Assembly (NCBI GenBank): GCA_020137815.1 | Contig: CM035350.1 | Coordinates: 9,424,001-9,488,000 of the forward strand | Direction of reading: 5' to 3' | Length of the DNA stretch: 64,000 bases | Source: Hormiphora californensis | Lineage: Eukaryota > Animalia > Ctenophora | In this document: in pieces, positions 1 to 31,440 of the stretch | Position numbering within the stretch: the first letter of the stretch is position 1 | Layout of the letters: the number at the start of each line of letters is the position of its first letter | Made by a program: the position numbers and the translations under genes | The notes under the pieces: generated by a model | Seen by the model: only the letters and a program-made list of their open reading frames with translations | The model's database searches: none | What the model was told of the DNA's origin: nothing

Positions 1-631
1 GTTTGATGGGTTTCAGGCCGGATTTCTGTGATTTAGCTCCATAAAATAGTCCAACTCCTAGTTTTTCACTAACCTATCGAATAGATGGATGGAAATGGGC
101 GTGGAGTGGGCTGAATCTTGGTTTTATGGCCCTAAACAATTCAGAGAGGGTCTAAGGTAACTCTACAGACACCAAAAGTTCAAAACCTGTAGTGTGGGGT
201 AACTTTGGCACCCCGTCCAAAGTTACCCCAAAATTCAAAAAATGGTGGGGTAACATTAGCCACCCCTATTAGTCTCAATTAAAGTAATTGATCGGGTTTG
301 AAAAATGGTGCCCCGAATTATTTGATCGAAACCCTTCCACTCTATGGAGCAAACTTGATTCGGTCATTAGCCCGGTCAAATCTATGGTACCCATTTTGAT
401 TTGAACATTTTTAGCGATTTTGACATCAATTATGTTTGCCCCTAATTAGGAGCTAATTAGCATAGAATTGAAAAAAATAATTGTACCGTTAGTTAGACAT
501 TTGTGAGTCAATTACTTGTACACCCAAAAATTATGCCTAATCTGTCGTTATCTGTTGGTAATTTTGGACTAAAGCCAAATTTTGAAAGTGTCCAAAGTTA
601 CCCTGCAAAACAAAGTTACCCCAGATTACGG
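1..631. mobile_element. Right end of a non-autonomous TA-flanked DNA transposon (Tc1/mariner/pogo-like), truncated by the window edge
   Basis: Ends ...CAAAGTTACCCCAGATTACGG followed by TA (632-633). The motif GGGGTAACTTTG/CAAAGTTACCCC recurs in both orientations (about 195-230 as a hairpin, 247, 592, 611). The ACGG-TA terminus resembles the element at 31441-32317. Confidence 0.5.
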
Positions 632-747
632 TACACTCTCTGTTTCAATAATTTTTGTGTAGTCCTGGACCTCGCCCCGCTTTAATTAGTAACAATTAAT
701 GTTACAATCAGTTCAATATATTCAACTTTTTTCAGCGGGGAAGAACG

Positions 748-791
748 ATGGTTCTGTGCAGGGTAAACGATACTTTACCTGGTAAGTGTAT

Positions 792-830
<39 letters not shown>

Positions 831-832
831 TT

Positions 833-889
<57 letters not shown>

Positions 890-1722
890 CTCTCTCTCTC
901 TCTCTCACTTTCTCTCACTTTCTCTTGATTTCTTTCTTTTACTGTATTCTGGTTTATCTTACCACAAAAGTCCGAGAAATAGACAAAGAAATAAAAACTC
1001 TATAAGTACACGAGGGAGGTAGAAAGAGGGAGGGAAAAGAGAGCTAAATCGAGAAAACCAACCTGTGCCTAGAATATACACTAAACTGTCTGAAATGAGA
1101 TATACTAACTATCCAGTGTCTAGTTAGTATAATATTTAATTTTATTATTTATTTCCCCTTCCTACTGCATGCAAGCCTGGTCACATGCCTCTCTCGTCTC
1201 TAATTTTCTATCCATCCTTTCCCTCTAAATATCTGGGATATGTCTTGCTGACCTAGCAATTTCCATCCTGCTAGCTGCCCTGTGATCAGGGTTCGGCAGA
1301 GGAAAATAAATCCTCTTTCCTCTGATACAATTCCCTAATCAATCCTCTTTCCCCAGCCATAGTTTCTTAGTCAATCCTCTTTCCCCAGCCATAGTTTCTT
1401 AGTCAATCCTCTTTCCCCAGCCATAGTTTCTTAGTCAATCCTCTTTCCCCGAGCCATAGTTTCCTAATCAATCAACATCCCCCTTGCAGCAAGCCAGGTC
1501 ACGGTCTAATGGTGAAACCACATAAAGTTACAGTGCACGGAATTACAGCCAGCAAGCTGATCGACGTTGCTGACTATCCAGCCTAGTAGTCAGATGGACG
1601 TTAGATTGACAGAGATAAACAGAGATAGAAAGAGAAACAGAGAGACAGAGAAAGAGAGATAGACATAGAGGTAGAGTGTAGATATAGCGAGATAGACATA
1701 GAGATAGACAGAGAATTGAAAA

Positions 1723-1814
<92 letters not shown>

Positions 1815-4800
1815 AGAAGGAACCAGGGATTAAACCCTGGGAATTGCATTCATTTATTTTAACTATCCCGTGATAATTTCAATTACATATTACTTTGTGA
1901 CTAGCTAATACTTTTCTTGCGTGTGTGTGTGTGTTATGTTTTCGGGTCACTGATAAATATTTTGGGTTGTTTTCTTCTTGCTTGACACGATCATGATAAC
2001 ATATTATTTCTGATTTCTTGGCATCCCAATATCCCATATATCCAGTCTCCATTGATCCTGCTGCTGTAACGCGCGGGCACTCTCCAGTGGGGGAGCCCGC
2101 GCGCAGACCCCCAGCTGCTCAATCGAGTGTTGGTGACCCCTCCCTCGTTGCTAGCGATCTCTGTTTCCAAACCCCACTTCACTTCTCCCTCTCTTCCGTT
2201 AATAGTTGATGGTACAATGGCAACAAAACGGGGTAGAGCCTGGCAGATGGTCGATATTACAGTTAAAATATTCACTGGACGGACCCTGTCCTTCCAGCAA
2301 CTACCCCTAAATACAACCATTGGAGAACTGAAGTTAAAGGTTGAGGACTCTTGTGGAATTCCCTCCCAATGTCAACGGATCACGTATCTAGATATGTGTG
2401 ATTTGTTTGACCATCGGACCTTGGAACAATGTGATGTTGTCAATAAAGCACGACTAGACATGCAGGTAGTGAGCTGGGGAGATTGATCGATCATTGTAAT
2501 AGGGTCTATGGAGTAAATACCACATGAACTTGCATTCATTAATCGGCTCTTTCCTACAGGTTTGGGCCCCGTTTATCAAGCTTGCCACTGCTGCCTCATC
2601 TGGTCTTATAGCCCAAACTTTCCAAGCGGGCATAATCAACAATCGAGGTTTCATTAGCCAGGTATGTTATTGCCCTGTTATGTGGCCTCACTCAGCAAGT
2701 GTGGGAAGTAATACTTCAAGTTGTGTAGAGTTCTGGTGTTTTTATTTATAGCAACTGTCAATAACGATACAGTCGGCCGGTCTTGTTTTGGTAAATTGAG
2801 GGATTGTATCCAACCGAATCTCGTGTTAGTGTCACCCTAGTATTTTATTGGGGACGTGACACGTATCTCTAGGGAATACCTTTTCCCGGTAAGAGATACA
2901 TCACGTGCGAGAGAACTGGGTAAAGTTCTGGTGTGTGTTGTTAGAATAACTTTCAATAAAGTTGATACAGTTGGCCGGTCTTGTGTTACCCTAGTAACCC
3001 AGTGTTTCTCCCAGGACGAAGCCTCGATAGCGCTCTACATAGCGTCTCACTGTGGTCACATTCGACTGGCCCTCATGTTACTGTCCTATGGGGTTGAGGT
3101 TAATTCAACTACCAAACTGGATAGGAGTGCCCTTCACGCAGCAGGTTGGTACAGACCCTGTCAGAGCATTGGCGGAGTGGGCGAGAACTGTGGTCAGAGC
3201 ATTGGCCTGACAGAACAGACAGTCGGTTTGGTTACTAACATACCCCCTTCTAGTTGAAGAGACAAGGTGGCTGGTTATTAACACACCCCCGTCTACTGAA
3301 AGAGATCTAGTTCTAGCCTAAATCCCCCGTCCAGGCATCAAAGGTCAGTGGTCCATACTGTGCCTACTAATTAACTGGGGAGCAAACATCTACAGTAAGG
3401 ATGTAACGGGTAACACTGCTATGGACTATGCCCGAGCATTTGGGCACCGGCAATCCGCCCGGGGCCTTGCGCTTTATGAGTGGCATCTTAACAAGGTTTG
3501 TTTGTTTGTTTGTTTGTTTGTTTGTTTGTTTGTTTGTTGTAGAATGCCCCCAGAACCCTCTATAATCACCTGCCCCGCTATCTGTACAGGAGCAGAGGGC
3601 GACCCAAAAGCACCCCCCCCCCCCTAAATACCCCACCCCTCTCTAAAACCCTCCCATTACAGGAGCAGAGGGCGACCCAAAAGCACCCCCCCCCCCCCTA
3701 AATACCCCACCCCTCTCTAAAACCCTCCCATTACAGGAGCAGAGGGCGACCCAAAAGCACCCACCCCTCTAAATACCCCTCCCACCTCTTACACCATCTC
3801 ATTACTTGTTGTTGCCACCCCTTATTACTCACAGGAGCAGAGGGCGACCCAAAAGCACCCCCTCCCCCCCTAAATACCCCACCCCGGCCCTCTCTAAAAC
3901 CCTCCCATTACAGGAGCAGAGGGCGACCCAAAAGCACCCCCCCCCCCCCTAAATACCCCAAACCCTCTCTAAAAACCCCTCCCATTACAGGAGCAGAGGG
4001 CGACCCAAAAAGCACCCCCCCCCCCCTCTAAATACCCCACCCCTCTCTAAAACCCCCTCCCATTACAGGAGCAGAGGGCGACCCAAAAAGCACCCCCCCC
4101 CCCCTCTAAATACCCCACCCCTCTCTAAAACCCCCTCCCATTACAGGAGCAGAGGGCGACCCAAAAGCAGGGAACACCCCCTAAATACCCTCTCCCTTCT
4201 AACACCATCACATCCCCATCACATTACACTTCACAGGAGCAGAGGGCGACCCAAAAGCAGGGCGCACCCCCTGGAGATGGTGGTAGGAACATAATGGATC
4301 AGTTTCCCTCGCACTGGCTGACCGAGATACCCGGGTGCAACACTCCCCAGATCCTCTGCCCTCCCATGACAATGAACCTGGTCGCGGCACGGGCAGCCAA
4401 CATGCTCTCCATCCTTCCAGGTAGTTTACTTGTTAATTAACTAGTTGATTAGTTTCTAATTAATTAAGAAATAGTGAGATTGAAAACTTCTGGAACTTTG
4501 CCTTCCATAAAACTTCCTATCTTATCCAGGAGGCGGATCTAAAGCAGCGGCGATATCAGTTCCGACCACTCCGGAACTAAGGGGTGACCCGGTATACAAG
4601 TGTGGGAAGGACCATCAAATTCCAGGGTCTCATGCTCTGGGTGTGAAAACTAAGAAAACCCTCCCTCCCATCACCTCTACACCCTCTAGGTGAGATGCAA
4701 TTGGGGTACTTTCAGAGTTCATTTTCTTGTAATAATAATAATAGTATGGGGTTTTGATATATCGCTCGGACAGAACAGGGCCAGAGCAAACAAACTTACT

Positions 4801-5159
4801 CATATAGACTGACACTGAGCCTGCAGAGGGAAAGGTTCCCAGAAGCCCACCTACTAATTTCCTTCTCTTTTATTACCAGCTGCATCTCCACCCATCTCAC
4901 ACAATTTACTCCTCCCAGGTTGGTGATCCCTACCTATGACGACTGGTTAAAGGCTAAAACGGAGGCCAAGATAGAGCGGCAGAGACAGATCCAGGAGGCA
5001 AAGGAAAGAGAGCAGCAGGAGGCCTTATTGAAAAGTGAAAGAAGGAAAAGTCAAGCTGCTGAGGCATTTTCTGCGTGGATAAAACAGGACAGGGCTTCAC
5101 GGCACAGTTTGCGGCAGAGTACGAGTCGTGTTACAGCCGTTACCATTGAAACAGCTTGA
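748..5159 (+). CDS. ANKRD60: Ankyrin repeat domain-containing protein 60-like (N-terminal ubiquitin-like fold, ankyrin repeats, C-terminal coiled coil), multi-exon
   Basis: Phase-consistent exons: 748-781, 2206-2465, 2560-2661, 3015-3144, 3335-3495, 4237-4420, 4530 to about 4689, 4919-5159. UBL segment TTIGELKLKVEDSCGIPSQCQRITYLD and ankyrin segments ALYIASHCGH, RSALHAA, LLINWGANIYSKDVTGNTAMDYA match the ANKRD60 layout as recalled (GIPFNLQRLQYLD, ALYVASHRGH). The first exon is less certain. Confidence 0.8.
796..925. repeat. (CT)n microsatellite
   Basis: Directly visible dinucleotide run. Similar (CT)/(AG)n runs at about 1727-1810, 6590-6722, 16414-16630, 23810-23895, 27320-27435, 38008-38062, 43065-43132, 43550-43627, 44320-44410, 45160-45223, 60542-60584. 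Confidence 0.95.
1338..1472. repeat. About 32-bp minisatellite, about 4 copies, in ANKRD60 intron 1
   Basis: Unit TCAATCCTCTTTCCCCAGCCATAGTTTCTTAG repeated in tandem. Confidence 0.9.
3585..4262 (+). repeat. About 75-95-bp tandem repeat built from a splice acceptor plus the first 23 nt or so of ANKRD60 exon 6 (9 copies)
   Basis: ACAG|GAGCAGAGGGCGACCCAAAA at about 3586, 3659, 3733, 3831, 3910, 3987, 4065, 4143 and 4233. Only the last copy continues into the open exon. Confidence 0.9.
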
Positions 5160-6616
5160 TGAGCGAGGGGGGGAAAAGAGACTGTTTATTAGTTTATAAT
5201 TTTTAGATTTTTTTAGTTCTCAAATTTTTATTCCAGATTCAGAGGTGTGTGAATAATATGGCCCAATATAATAATTTATTTAGAGCGTGATTCCAGAGCC
5301 ATTGTAAATACTATATATTGAAAGATCTGTTGTGTATATTGCAGCTAATTATGTTCCTGCTGTGACATACAACACACGGCAACATCTTAAACCTTGCAGC
5401 TTACTCCCAACATAACTTATAAGCAGGTGTCCTAGCTCCTAGTTCTCTCTAGATTATAATATAGCAGGTCATTGAGCCCGCCCCCTCGTTAAGCAAGATC
5501 CTCAGCACCCAACCTGCGGCCTAACGACATCCACCTTGTGGTGCAATTCTCACCCTCACTCAAAATAACCCTACTTGGAAAAGTCGCCCTGTCTGTTGTA
5601 CGTCTCTTCCCCATCTCACCATGTCGTCTCACCATGTACATGTCAATATATCCATGACAATACTATTAGTAAAACTGTACAAACTGTATAGCTGTAGTCT
5701 GTTTAGGAAGAGCACTAATATATGGTTTGGTGGTCTTGGCCCTTGGGGACCGCGTCTTAGCTCTCCCTGTCAGAGCATTGGTCTGACCCTATTCTGTGAA
5801 AACTGTGGTCAGATCATTGGTCCGTTAACGGTGCTTGAAACCGGGGGCCCACTTACTGTTATAGCTCTCATACGGCCATTACTCAACGAGTGTACACTGA
5901 TTAACTCCTACTGGCCTGCAGGTGCTCCAATCCCCATTACTGTAGTTGGAGTTATCTATAGGACTAATTTGCACAACTAATAGACCGAACCTAAGCACTC
6001 AACTAACTATATCACCTTGCTCATTGGTCAGTATAATTTGCAGCTCATTAAAATCGTCTGGCACTGAATCGTCTGGTAATGTAGTCCGTGTCCTCTTTTC
6101 TGATAATTGATAGTGTCTCATCAATGAATAAACACTAACCTGGTGGCCCCCACTAACCTAGACCATACAGTACAATAATTGTTCACACTGGTTCACCATT
6201 ACACTAACCTGCGGGCCCCCACTAACCTAGACCATAACAATTGTTCACACTGGTTCACCATTACAACAGCTGTAGTTAATAGTTCCACTTTCTACTTCAC
6301 AGGTGGGCCGGGTAATCACCATCTACCTTCCTAGAATTTCTATGAAGGGAGATGGTGATTACCCGTTAGGCTTATTGAGTGTCCACTGTCCAGTGTCCAC
6401 TGTCCACATGCCTGCCTATTGGGCGCCTTGTTTAAGCACTACAACAGAGAGAGTTTTTGACTTGTTGAGCAAGGTCTTACAATGGGATGCTTTGTCTATG
6501 TTAGGGGGACAATGGCTCTCATCACTCCCGACAATAAACCAACTCTAGCTTAAACAAACGTCGGCGCACGTGGTACCTTGTAGAGCTCTATAGAGAGAGA
6601 TATAGAGAGAGAGAGA

Positions 6617-6727
<111 letters not shown>

Positions 6728-6868
6728 TGAGAAAGATTAGAAAAAAAGATACCCAGCTCAATTTCTTCATTTGCACCACGTGCCTTGACTTCCATTTTCC
6801 TCTCTTGCTCTTTATATTAACACGATATTAGACCGATCAATTCCATTATTGGCTTTAGCTTTTTTCCA

Positions 6869-10606
<3,738 letters not shown>

Positions 10607-10999
10607 GTAACAGATCTTCAGTGAAACAGAAGGGTCCATGGTGGGAGGTTTGCATGAGGTTACTAATTTGGGGTATATCACTGGGTTGGAGTGTGCAATT
10701 AAATTGCATGACAATATTTGACAGCTGTCTTTACTTGACAAGACAACTCGCTGAGGTACCCCGTTCACTGCACTGTCCAGACTTGTTCCCCTTACCCAAC
10801 AACTTAGGTTCAGACAGTTTGGTCAGATCGGGTCACCAGACACCCAATTGTTGCATGAACCACAATCATTGCATGGAACACACAATCATGGAACACAACC
10901 CCTTTTTTGCAGTTTTCCTTACTAAAAGATATCCTAACCAAACCTACTAGGTTACCTAGGAGCTGTTGTAAGATGACAACAATGACAACAATGACAACT

Positions 11000-11543
11000 T
11001 GGATCCATCGCATCCTATTCTCGCTCCGCGAATAATAGGATGCCGGCCCGTTGAGAGCAAGAACTCACGTGCGCGCGATATAAAGCACGTTTTCAGCAGA
11101 TCGCGCGTGATAGACCGTTTTTGGAGACCTTTTTAGCTGACCTAGCACTACTCAAACGTCAATTACCGCCTCATTTCGCATCGTGATGAATCGGCGGGTA
11201 TTTTCCCATACTCACAAGGCCATGACGATTCCCCCAGTACCCGCAGATTGTTCCAGGACCGAGTACGAGCTTGCAGCCAGGTCTTTAAAGAATTGCTCAT
11301 GTTTAGCGTCAATTTTGACCCACTATTCCTCAAATGCTGATACTCGCGGGTATTTTCCGTAAAACTAGAGACAATTAGCTGCCAGGAGCAACAAACGAGA
11401 TGCAAATCGGTTCAGCAGTTCCTTGCAGCCAGGTCTTTGAAAAAGTTTGCTCTAAAATCAATAACGCGCCGGAGGCCTAGATGTGAGATCGATCTCGGTC
11501 GCTGCGCGACCTCGATCTCACTCAGGCATCAATGTGGCCAAAA
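11000..11543 (-). mobile_element. Putative Helentron-associated (HINE/DINE-like) non-autonomous element with a hairpin near each end
   Basis: Stem-loop GCATCCTATT...AATAGGATGC at about 11010-11043 and palindrome GTGAGATCGA..GGTCGC-tgc-GCGACC-TCGATCTCAC at about 11483-11521. ATGACAAC motifs on both flanks. No ORF. Confidence 0.4.
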
Positions 11544-11779
11544 TGACAACAATAATATATGTCGAAAGGCATTGTCGCAATGCCATCACAATGTATAGTG
11601 GGGTGGGACAAGTACAAATTCAGGGTTTCTGAGAAACCCTGAATTTCTACTTGTCCCACTCTACTATACATTGATCACCTGCACACCCGGTGCAATGAGG
11701 ACGGTAACTGACCAGGAGTAGTCGACTGGGGATCACTGAGGCGGGCTTCAGTAGGAACCATAGCAACCCGACCCTATCG

Positions 11780-12022
11780 AATGCCGTCACCATGTCGACC
11801 AACAATGCGGTCACCATGTCGACCAACGGTGCTATCACCATGTCGACCAACAATGCAGTCACCATGTCGACCAACAATGCTGTCACCATGTCGACCAACA
11901 ATGCAGTCACCATGTCGACCAACAATGCTATCACCATGTCGACCAACAATGCAGTCACCATGTCGACCAACAATGCAGTCACCATGTCGACCAACAATGC
12001 TATCACCATTGTCGACCAACAA
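11780..12022. repeat. 24-bp minisatellite, about 10 copies
   Basis: Unit AATGCAGTCACCATGTCGACCAAC; open in one + frame as (MSTNNAVT)n. Confidence 0.95.
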
Positions 12023-12350
12023 CGCCGTTTCCACGACACTGTATTTCAAAAGAAGAAGCTCATCGAACAAACTCGAGGGTATAAATTTAGTGTATACAAG
12101 AAGAGAGAGAGAGAGAGAGAGAGAGAAGCCCTTGTGAGGGGCCGAAGAGAGACATTATATTGTTTTTAATAGAGGTGATATTGTTCGAGAGCTTCCACTT
12201 GCAAGGATGACATTGAAAAGTCGTATAATTTAGTTTTTGGGAAATAAAAATTTATTCGCATGGCCAATGTACTTGAGAACTGTTCGTAATTAACGTCAAA
12301 TAAAATACACCACGTTAAATTAAAAACAAAACTTGACACATGGTTAGAAG

Positions 12351-12459
12351 CAGGAACCGACCGAAACAAGTAAACAACCAATCAGAACTCGTAATTTAGG
12401 TCACATGACTGGTTATCAGCCAATCAGGGACCAGTATTTTCTGATTCGGTCGGTTCCTG
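12351..12459. mobile_element. 109-bp hAT-type MITE
   Basis: 15-bp TIRs CAGGAACCGACCGAA / TTCGGTCGGTTCCTG. Perfect 8-bp TSD GTTAGAAG at 12343-12350 and 12460-12467. A partial reverse copy lies at about 36940-37017. Confidence 0.9.
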
Positions 12460-12774
12460 GTTAGAAGCTTCTTCGAACCACTCTGTATATATATATACTG
12501 TGCAGTGCCTGGAATTCACATCTCAAACCGCTCATAATCATTATACCCTTGGAACCGGGCTATCTGAAACTCCGTGCACTCTTGTTAATTCTAGAACTCT
12601 CAATCTCTCCCTCGAGCGGATAACTTTTGACCCAATCTACGAAACTTATTCTCTCTCTCTCTCAAATACAAATTGTCTCTCTCTCTCACTCGCTGTACAA
12701 CTGATGATATATGTATCTGAGCTGAAAACAGTTCTGGATTTCTTCCTCTTTTTCTCTCTGGTTGTTGGTTGTTG

Positions 12775-23585
<10,811 letters not shown>

Positions 23586-23806
23586 GACTTTCACAACACA
23601 GCAATACTAGTATATTGACAAGGGAGATAATGCGAGCTAGAGAAAGAGAGAATGGTTTAATTTGGTTAGTGCACTAATTAGGCAAGCAGCAGTTCGAGAG
23701 AGAGAGAAGTCAGAAAGTCAGGGAGAGAGGGGAATGGATAAATTGTAGAGGAGAGAGAGAGAGAGAGAAGTCAGAAAGTCAGGGAGAGAGGGGAATGGAT
23801 AAATTG

Positions 23807-23897
<91 letters not shown>

Positions 23898-24602
23898 GAG
23901 ACAGGGAAAAGAGGGATAGGAGCAAGGTTGAGACGAGGTTGTTTCTGCAACCGTATTCGCTTTGCTAATGCATTCTGCAAATTTAGTGGAAGGTGGAATT
24001 ACAGGGCACTATAATATAGCATCCTGCAATGGAAAGAGGGGCAACCATTCCTGTAAGCGGGGGTATAACAACAATAGAGAGAGGTTTCAACACAAACTCA
24101 CACAGTACACTGATACAGCTGAAGTGAGAGTGTGTGTGTTTGCGTGTGTTGCAGTACACTATTAAGCTATTAGAATAGCCGTGACTCAAAATATATAAAC
24201 CATATTTAAATTTCTCTTTTTCCTGTTTCTCAGTGTCGTGTCTTCTTTCTCTCCTCCCTTTTTTCTATTTATCCCGGTTTCGTCAGGGCTAGTTTATACC
24301 ACAATTCAGCGTCATATAGCGCCTTATTGGCTGCAGTTAACCACATGTCAGTAAGGTGGTACACTTATATTTTACAGCAGCATAAATCCGGGGCATGTGT
24401 GTAACTTAGGCTACATTGCCCGGTAGAAGCCTGATAAACGCCCACCCCTGTTGAATTCTCGTGGAGGCTTATCAGGGTAACTATAGAGACACATCTAGTG
24501 GTGCAGAAATATCACATATTGAACATTCCAATCCCAACCCGCTGAACCAATTTCTTCCCAATCTCCCAGGCCCAGTCACAACCTTAACCCCTTGTCAGCG
24601 CC

Positions 24603-28724
<4,122 letters not shown>

Positions 28725-29972
28725 ATTTTAATAAACACAACACAGAACGAAGAAGAAAAATAATAACCGCGAGAGAAGACCTAAAACGAGCGTGTGAAAA
28801 AGTGACAGCAGAGAAAAAAGAGTGAGATCTGGTATACAGTTACTCACAACCCAGGCGCGTGTGGTGAGAGATTTACGGTAGAGCAGGAAGCGTGAGAGAG
28901 AAAGAGAAGCATTAGCCAATGGTGCACGTTATTGTTGCATTTTATGCTAATCAAATACCAAACCCGGGCTCGATATTGGACAACCCTAATACCCCTTTCT
29001 TTCTATTCCACACCATCTGTACCAAGTAGAGACCCCCATTTTCCTGGACCCCCATGACGGGTCACGCCTTTTCTCCCGTGCCCTTCTCCCCTGGCTGTAT
29101 GACGTGTGAGATCATATCATCATTCTGTTCGAGTCATGATTTGACGGTGGCGGTGACGAGTAGATAATGGATATCCAATATCCACTGGATACTGGATATC
29201 CATGGATGGAGCAAACAAGTATTATAACTATTTTTGTGGGTGTTTTAGACTACGATAGTAATTGTTAAACTTACGGCCGTTAGTACTTTTGTAGTCTTCA
29301 ACGTCCATATCTTCCATAGCTAGAAGTAAAGGAATGTTAGAAACATGGAGCCACTTGGAGATAACGAATGTGACAATACAAATTGATCTCCAATGTATAT
29401 ATCTGTAGGTGTGAAGTATCACCCTGTCAGTTGACTAGAAATTAATATCCCTAAGTGCTCTCTTTTCTATTTTTTTAAATAACCGTCTCCCTCCTCAAGG
29501 GCCAGAGTCTCTGGCCCAGAGAATAATATTTTCGTAGGGAATTAAGTACTGAATAATGCATAATCCTGATTTACTGTAGAAAATTGCGGGCTAGGTTTTT
29601 AGACTCTTCTCTAATTTCAAAACATACAAATCACACTCCACACCCGTTCTATAGAACGCCATATAGGGCGTGAAGCCTATGCCACTTCTGCCTCAAGATA
29701 CACCTATCCAGCACTCTACCTCTTTACCCCTCTTTAGTACATATCAGAAGTAGAGAAATTGGTGATGAAAACAAGAAATAAATAAAACGAGAAGCGTTTA
29801 AAAGTGATATGTTAAACCAAAACACGAAACCGTAAAACGCAGTTAGGGGGCAACGCAGAACAAAATTAAGGCCGGGTGGTAAAACATTGAACAACACACA
29901 TCGAGGACAGATGTGTAATTGGCCGGACTAATTAACGAGCAAATAGGGCAACAATTAGGCAGGCGGGTGAAG

Positions 29973-31169
29973 TCAACATGACAGGTAAAGAGAGTATGAA
30001 TAATCCGGGGGTCGGGTACGTAGGTAGTCCGTCGAGTATTTTTCCAACTTCCGTAACCAGGGATGTCTCTGTTTGTAGACTTTGTATGTGGGACGCTTTA
30101 ATCTGGTAACTTGATATCTCCCCTGTCTCACATGAGGTGTTACAGCATTCTTCACATGTACTGCCTCACCTAGCATAGACTGCTCAAATATGTCAGTATC
30201 TTCCTCCAAATCAATATCCTCTGAATCTTCCTCTGATATAACTGGGTCCCCCAAATCTTCCTCTAACATAACTGGGTCCCCCAAATCTTCATTTAAAATA
30301 ACTGGGTCCCCCAAATCTTCATTTAAAATAACTGGGTCCCCCAAATCTTCCTCTGATATAACTGGGTCCCCCAAATCTTCCTCTAACACAACTGGGTTCC
30401 CCAAATCTTCCTCTAACATAACTGGGTCCCCCAAATCTTCCTCTAACATAACTGGGTCCCCCAAATCTTCCTCTAACATAACTGGGTCCACCAAATCCTC
30501 TCCTAACACGGGAAACTTCCCCAAATCCTCCACTGGTTGAAACTCTTCAGATAAAACGGGAGATTTCCCCGTATTTGATTCATCCAAATAATTTACTACC
30601 TTTTTAGGCACCACACAGTCTTTTAAAACACTCAATATTTTCCCAGTGAGAGTCTCTGGTTGAGCAAGGAGGGAGTAAATCTTTGAAGTCAGAGCCATTA
30701 CCACCATCAGTATTCTTACAAATTCAGTGTTAGAAATGTAAAAGTGGAGCTCTCTTATTAGATTTAAAATGAATTGCCGAGTATCATGTACAGTTTGATT
30801 CAACTCAACTGTCTCCAGGTAGAACTTCTGAAGACGATCAAGACAGAATTCGCCCGTGGACAGTGTTTGACAGAGGGAGTTAGTAGTGGTTGCATAATCT
30901 CGTAAACGCTGCACCGCTTTGGGAGTACTGCAACACAGCTGGCGAGTAAGTCGGAGATATTTCCGAGTTCGCTGTTGGGGGCGGTTCCTCTGCTCGACTT
31001 TAGAAAGTACATCAATTTCCGCTACAATTGCGTCTGCATTCACGAGTTTGTTGAGCGTTATTTTACGAAGAAAAAGATACAGTTGCTTCGTAACGTTACT
31101 TTCCTTTGTCATTATACAACCTACAATAATTAAAGAATATTTAGGGACCTGAACTCTATTTCTCTTCAT
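29973..31169 (-). CDS. NEPRO: NEPRO/RMP64-like (DUF4477) nucleolar RNase MRP-associated protein, intronless CDS
   Basis: IVAEIDVLSKVEQRNRPQQRTRKYLRLTRQL and FYISNTEFVRILMVVMALTSKIY resemble the DUF4477 pattern (E..VL....YRN.NQHR; EF..L..V...L.SR). The downstream EDLG.PV motif is recalled from this family. The true start may be the second Met (MTKESN, 31112). Confidence 0.6.
   Translation of the reverse strand: MKRNRVQVPKYSLIIVGCIMTKESNVTKQLYLFLRKITLNKLVNADAIVAEIDVLSKVEQRNRPQQRTRKYLRLTRQLCCSTPKAVQRLRDYATTTNSLCQTLSTGEFCLDRLQKFYLETVELNQTVHDTRQFILNLIRELHFYISNTEFVRILMVVMALTSKIYSLLAQPETLTGKILSVLKDCVVPKKVVNYLDESNTGKSPVLSEEFQPVEDLGKFPVLGEDLVDPVMLEEDLGDPVMLEEDLGDPVMLEEDLGNPVVLEEDLGDPVISEEDLGDPVILNEDLGDPVILNEDLGDPVMLEEDLGDPVISEEDSEDIDLEEDTDIFEQSMLGEAVHVKNAVTPHVRQGRYQVTRLKRPTYKVYKQRHPWLRKLEKYSTDYLRTRPPDYSYSLYLSC
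30220..30535 (-). repeat. 30-bp coding tandem repeat (EEDLGDPVxx), about 10 copies
   Basis: Unit ACTGGGTCCCCCAAATCTTCCTCTAACATA on the + strand, inside the NEPRO-like ORF. Confidence 0.95.
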
Positions 31170-31440
31170 TAAACTTGAAAGCTAATAATCAATTAGGTGG
31201 GCTCGCCGCTCGTTCAGGTTTGTTAAACGTCAATCATGGACAAAGTCGTATTTTTTAAGTTGTCGCCACAAGCTCGTCCGTGTGTGATTTTTAGTACTTT
31301 TGACTCCCTCTCACCAAACGTTAGCTTGTGATGGAGGCGCTAAACATCATCATCATCATCATCAAACATTTAATATCCCGCTTTATAGCATATTGGTAAG
31401 ATAACACTTCCTTCCTGCTTTCAAAAGCGGTTTTTCTCTA

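Noticed and set aside
786-1849. ORFs with (SL)n/(RE)n runs here, and (SVCL)n/(DRQT)n elsewhere
   Set aside because: Microsatellite translations.
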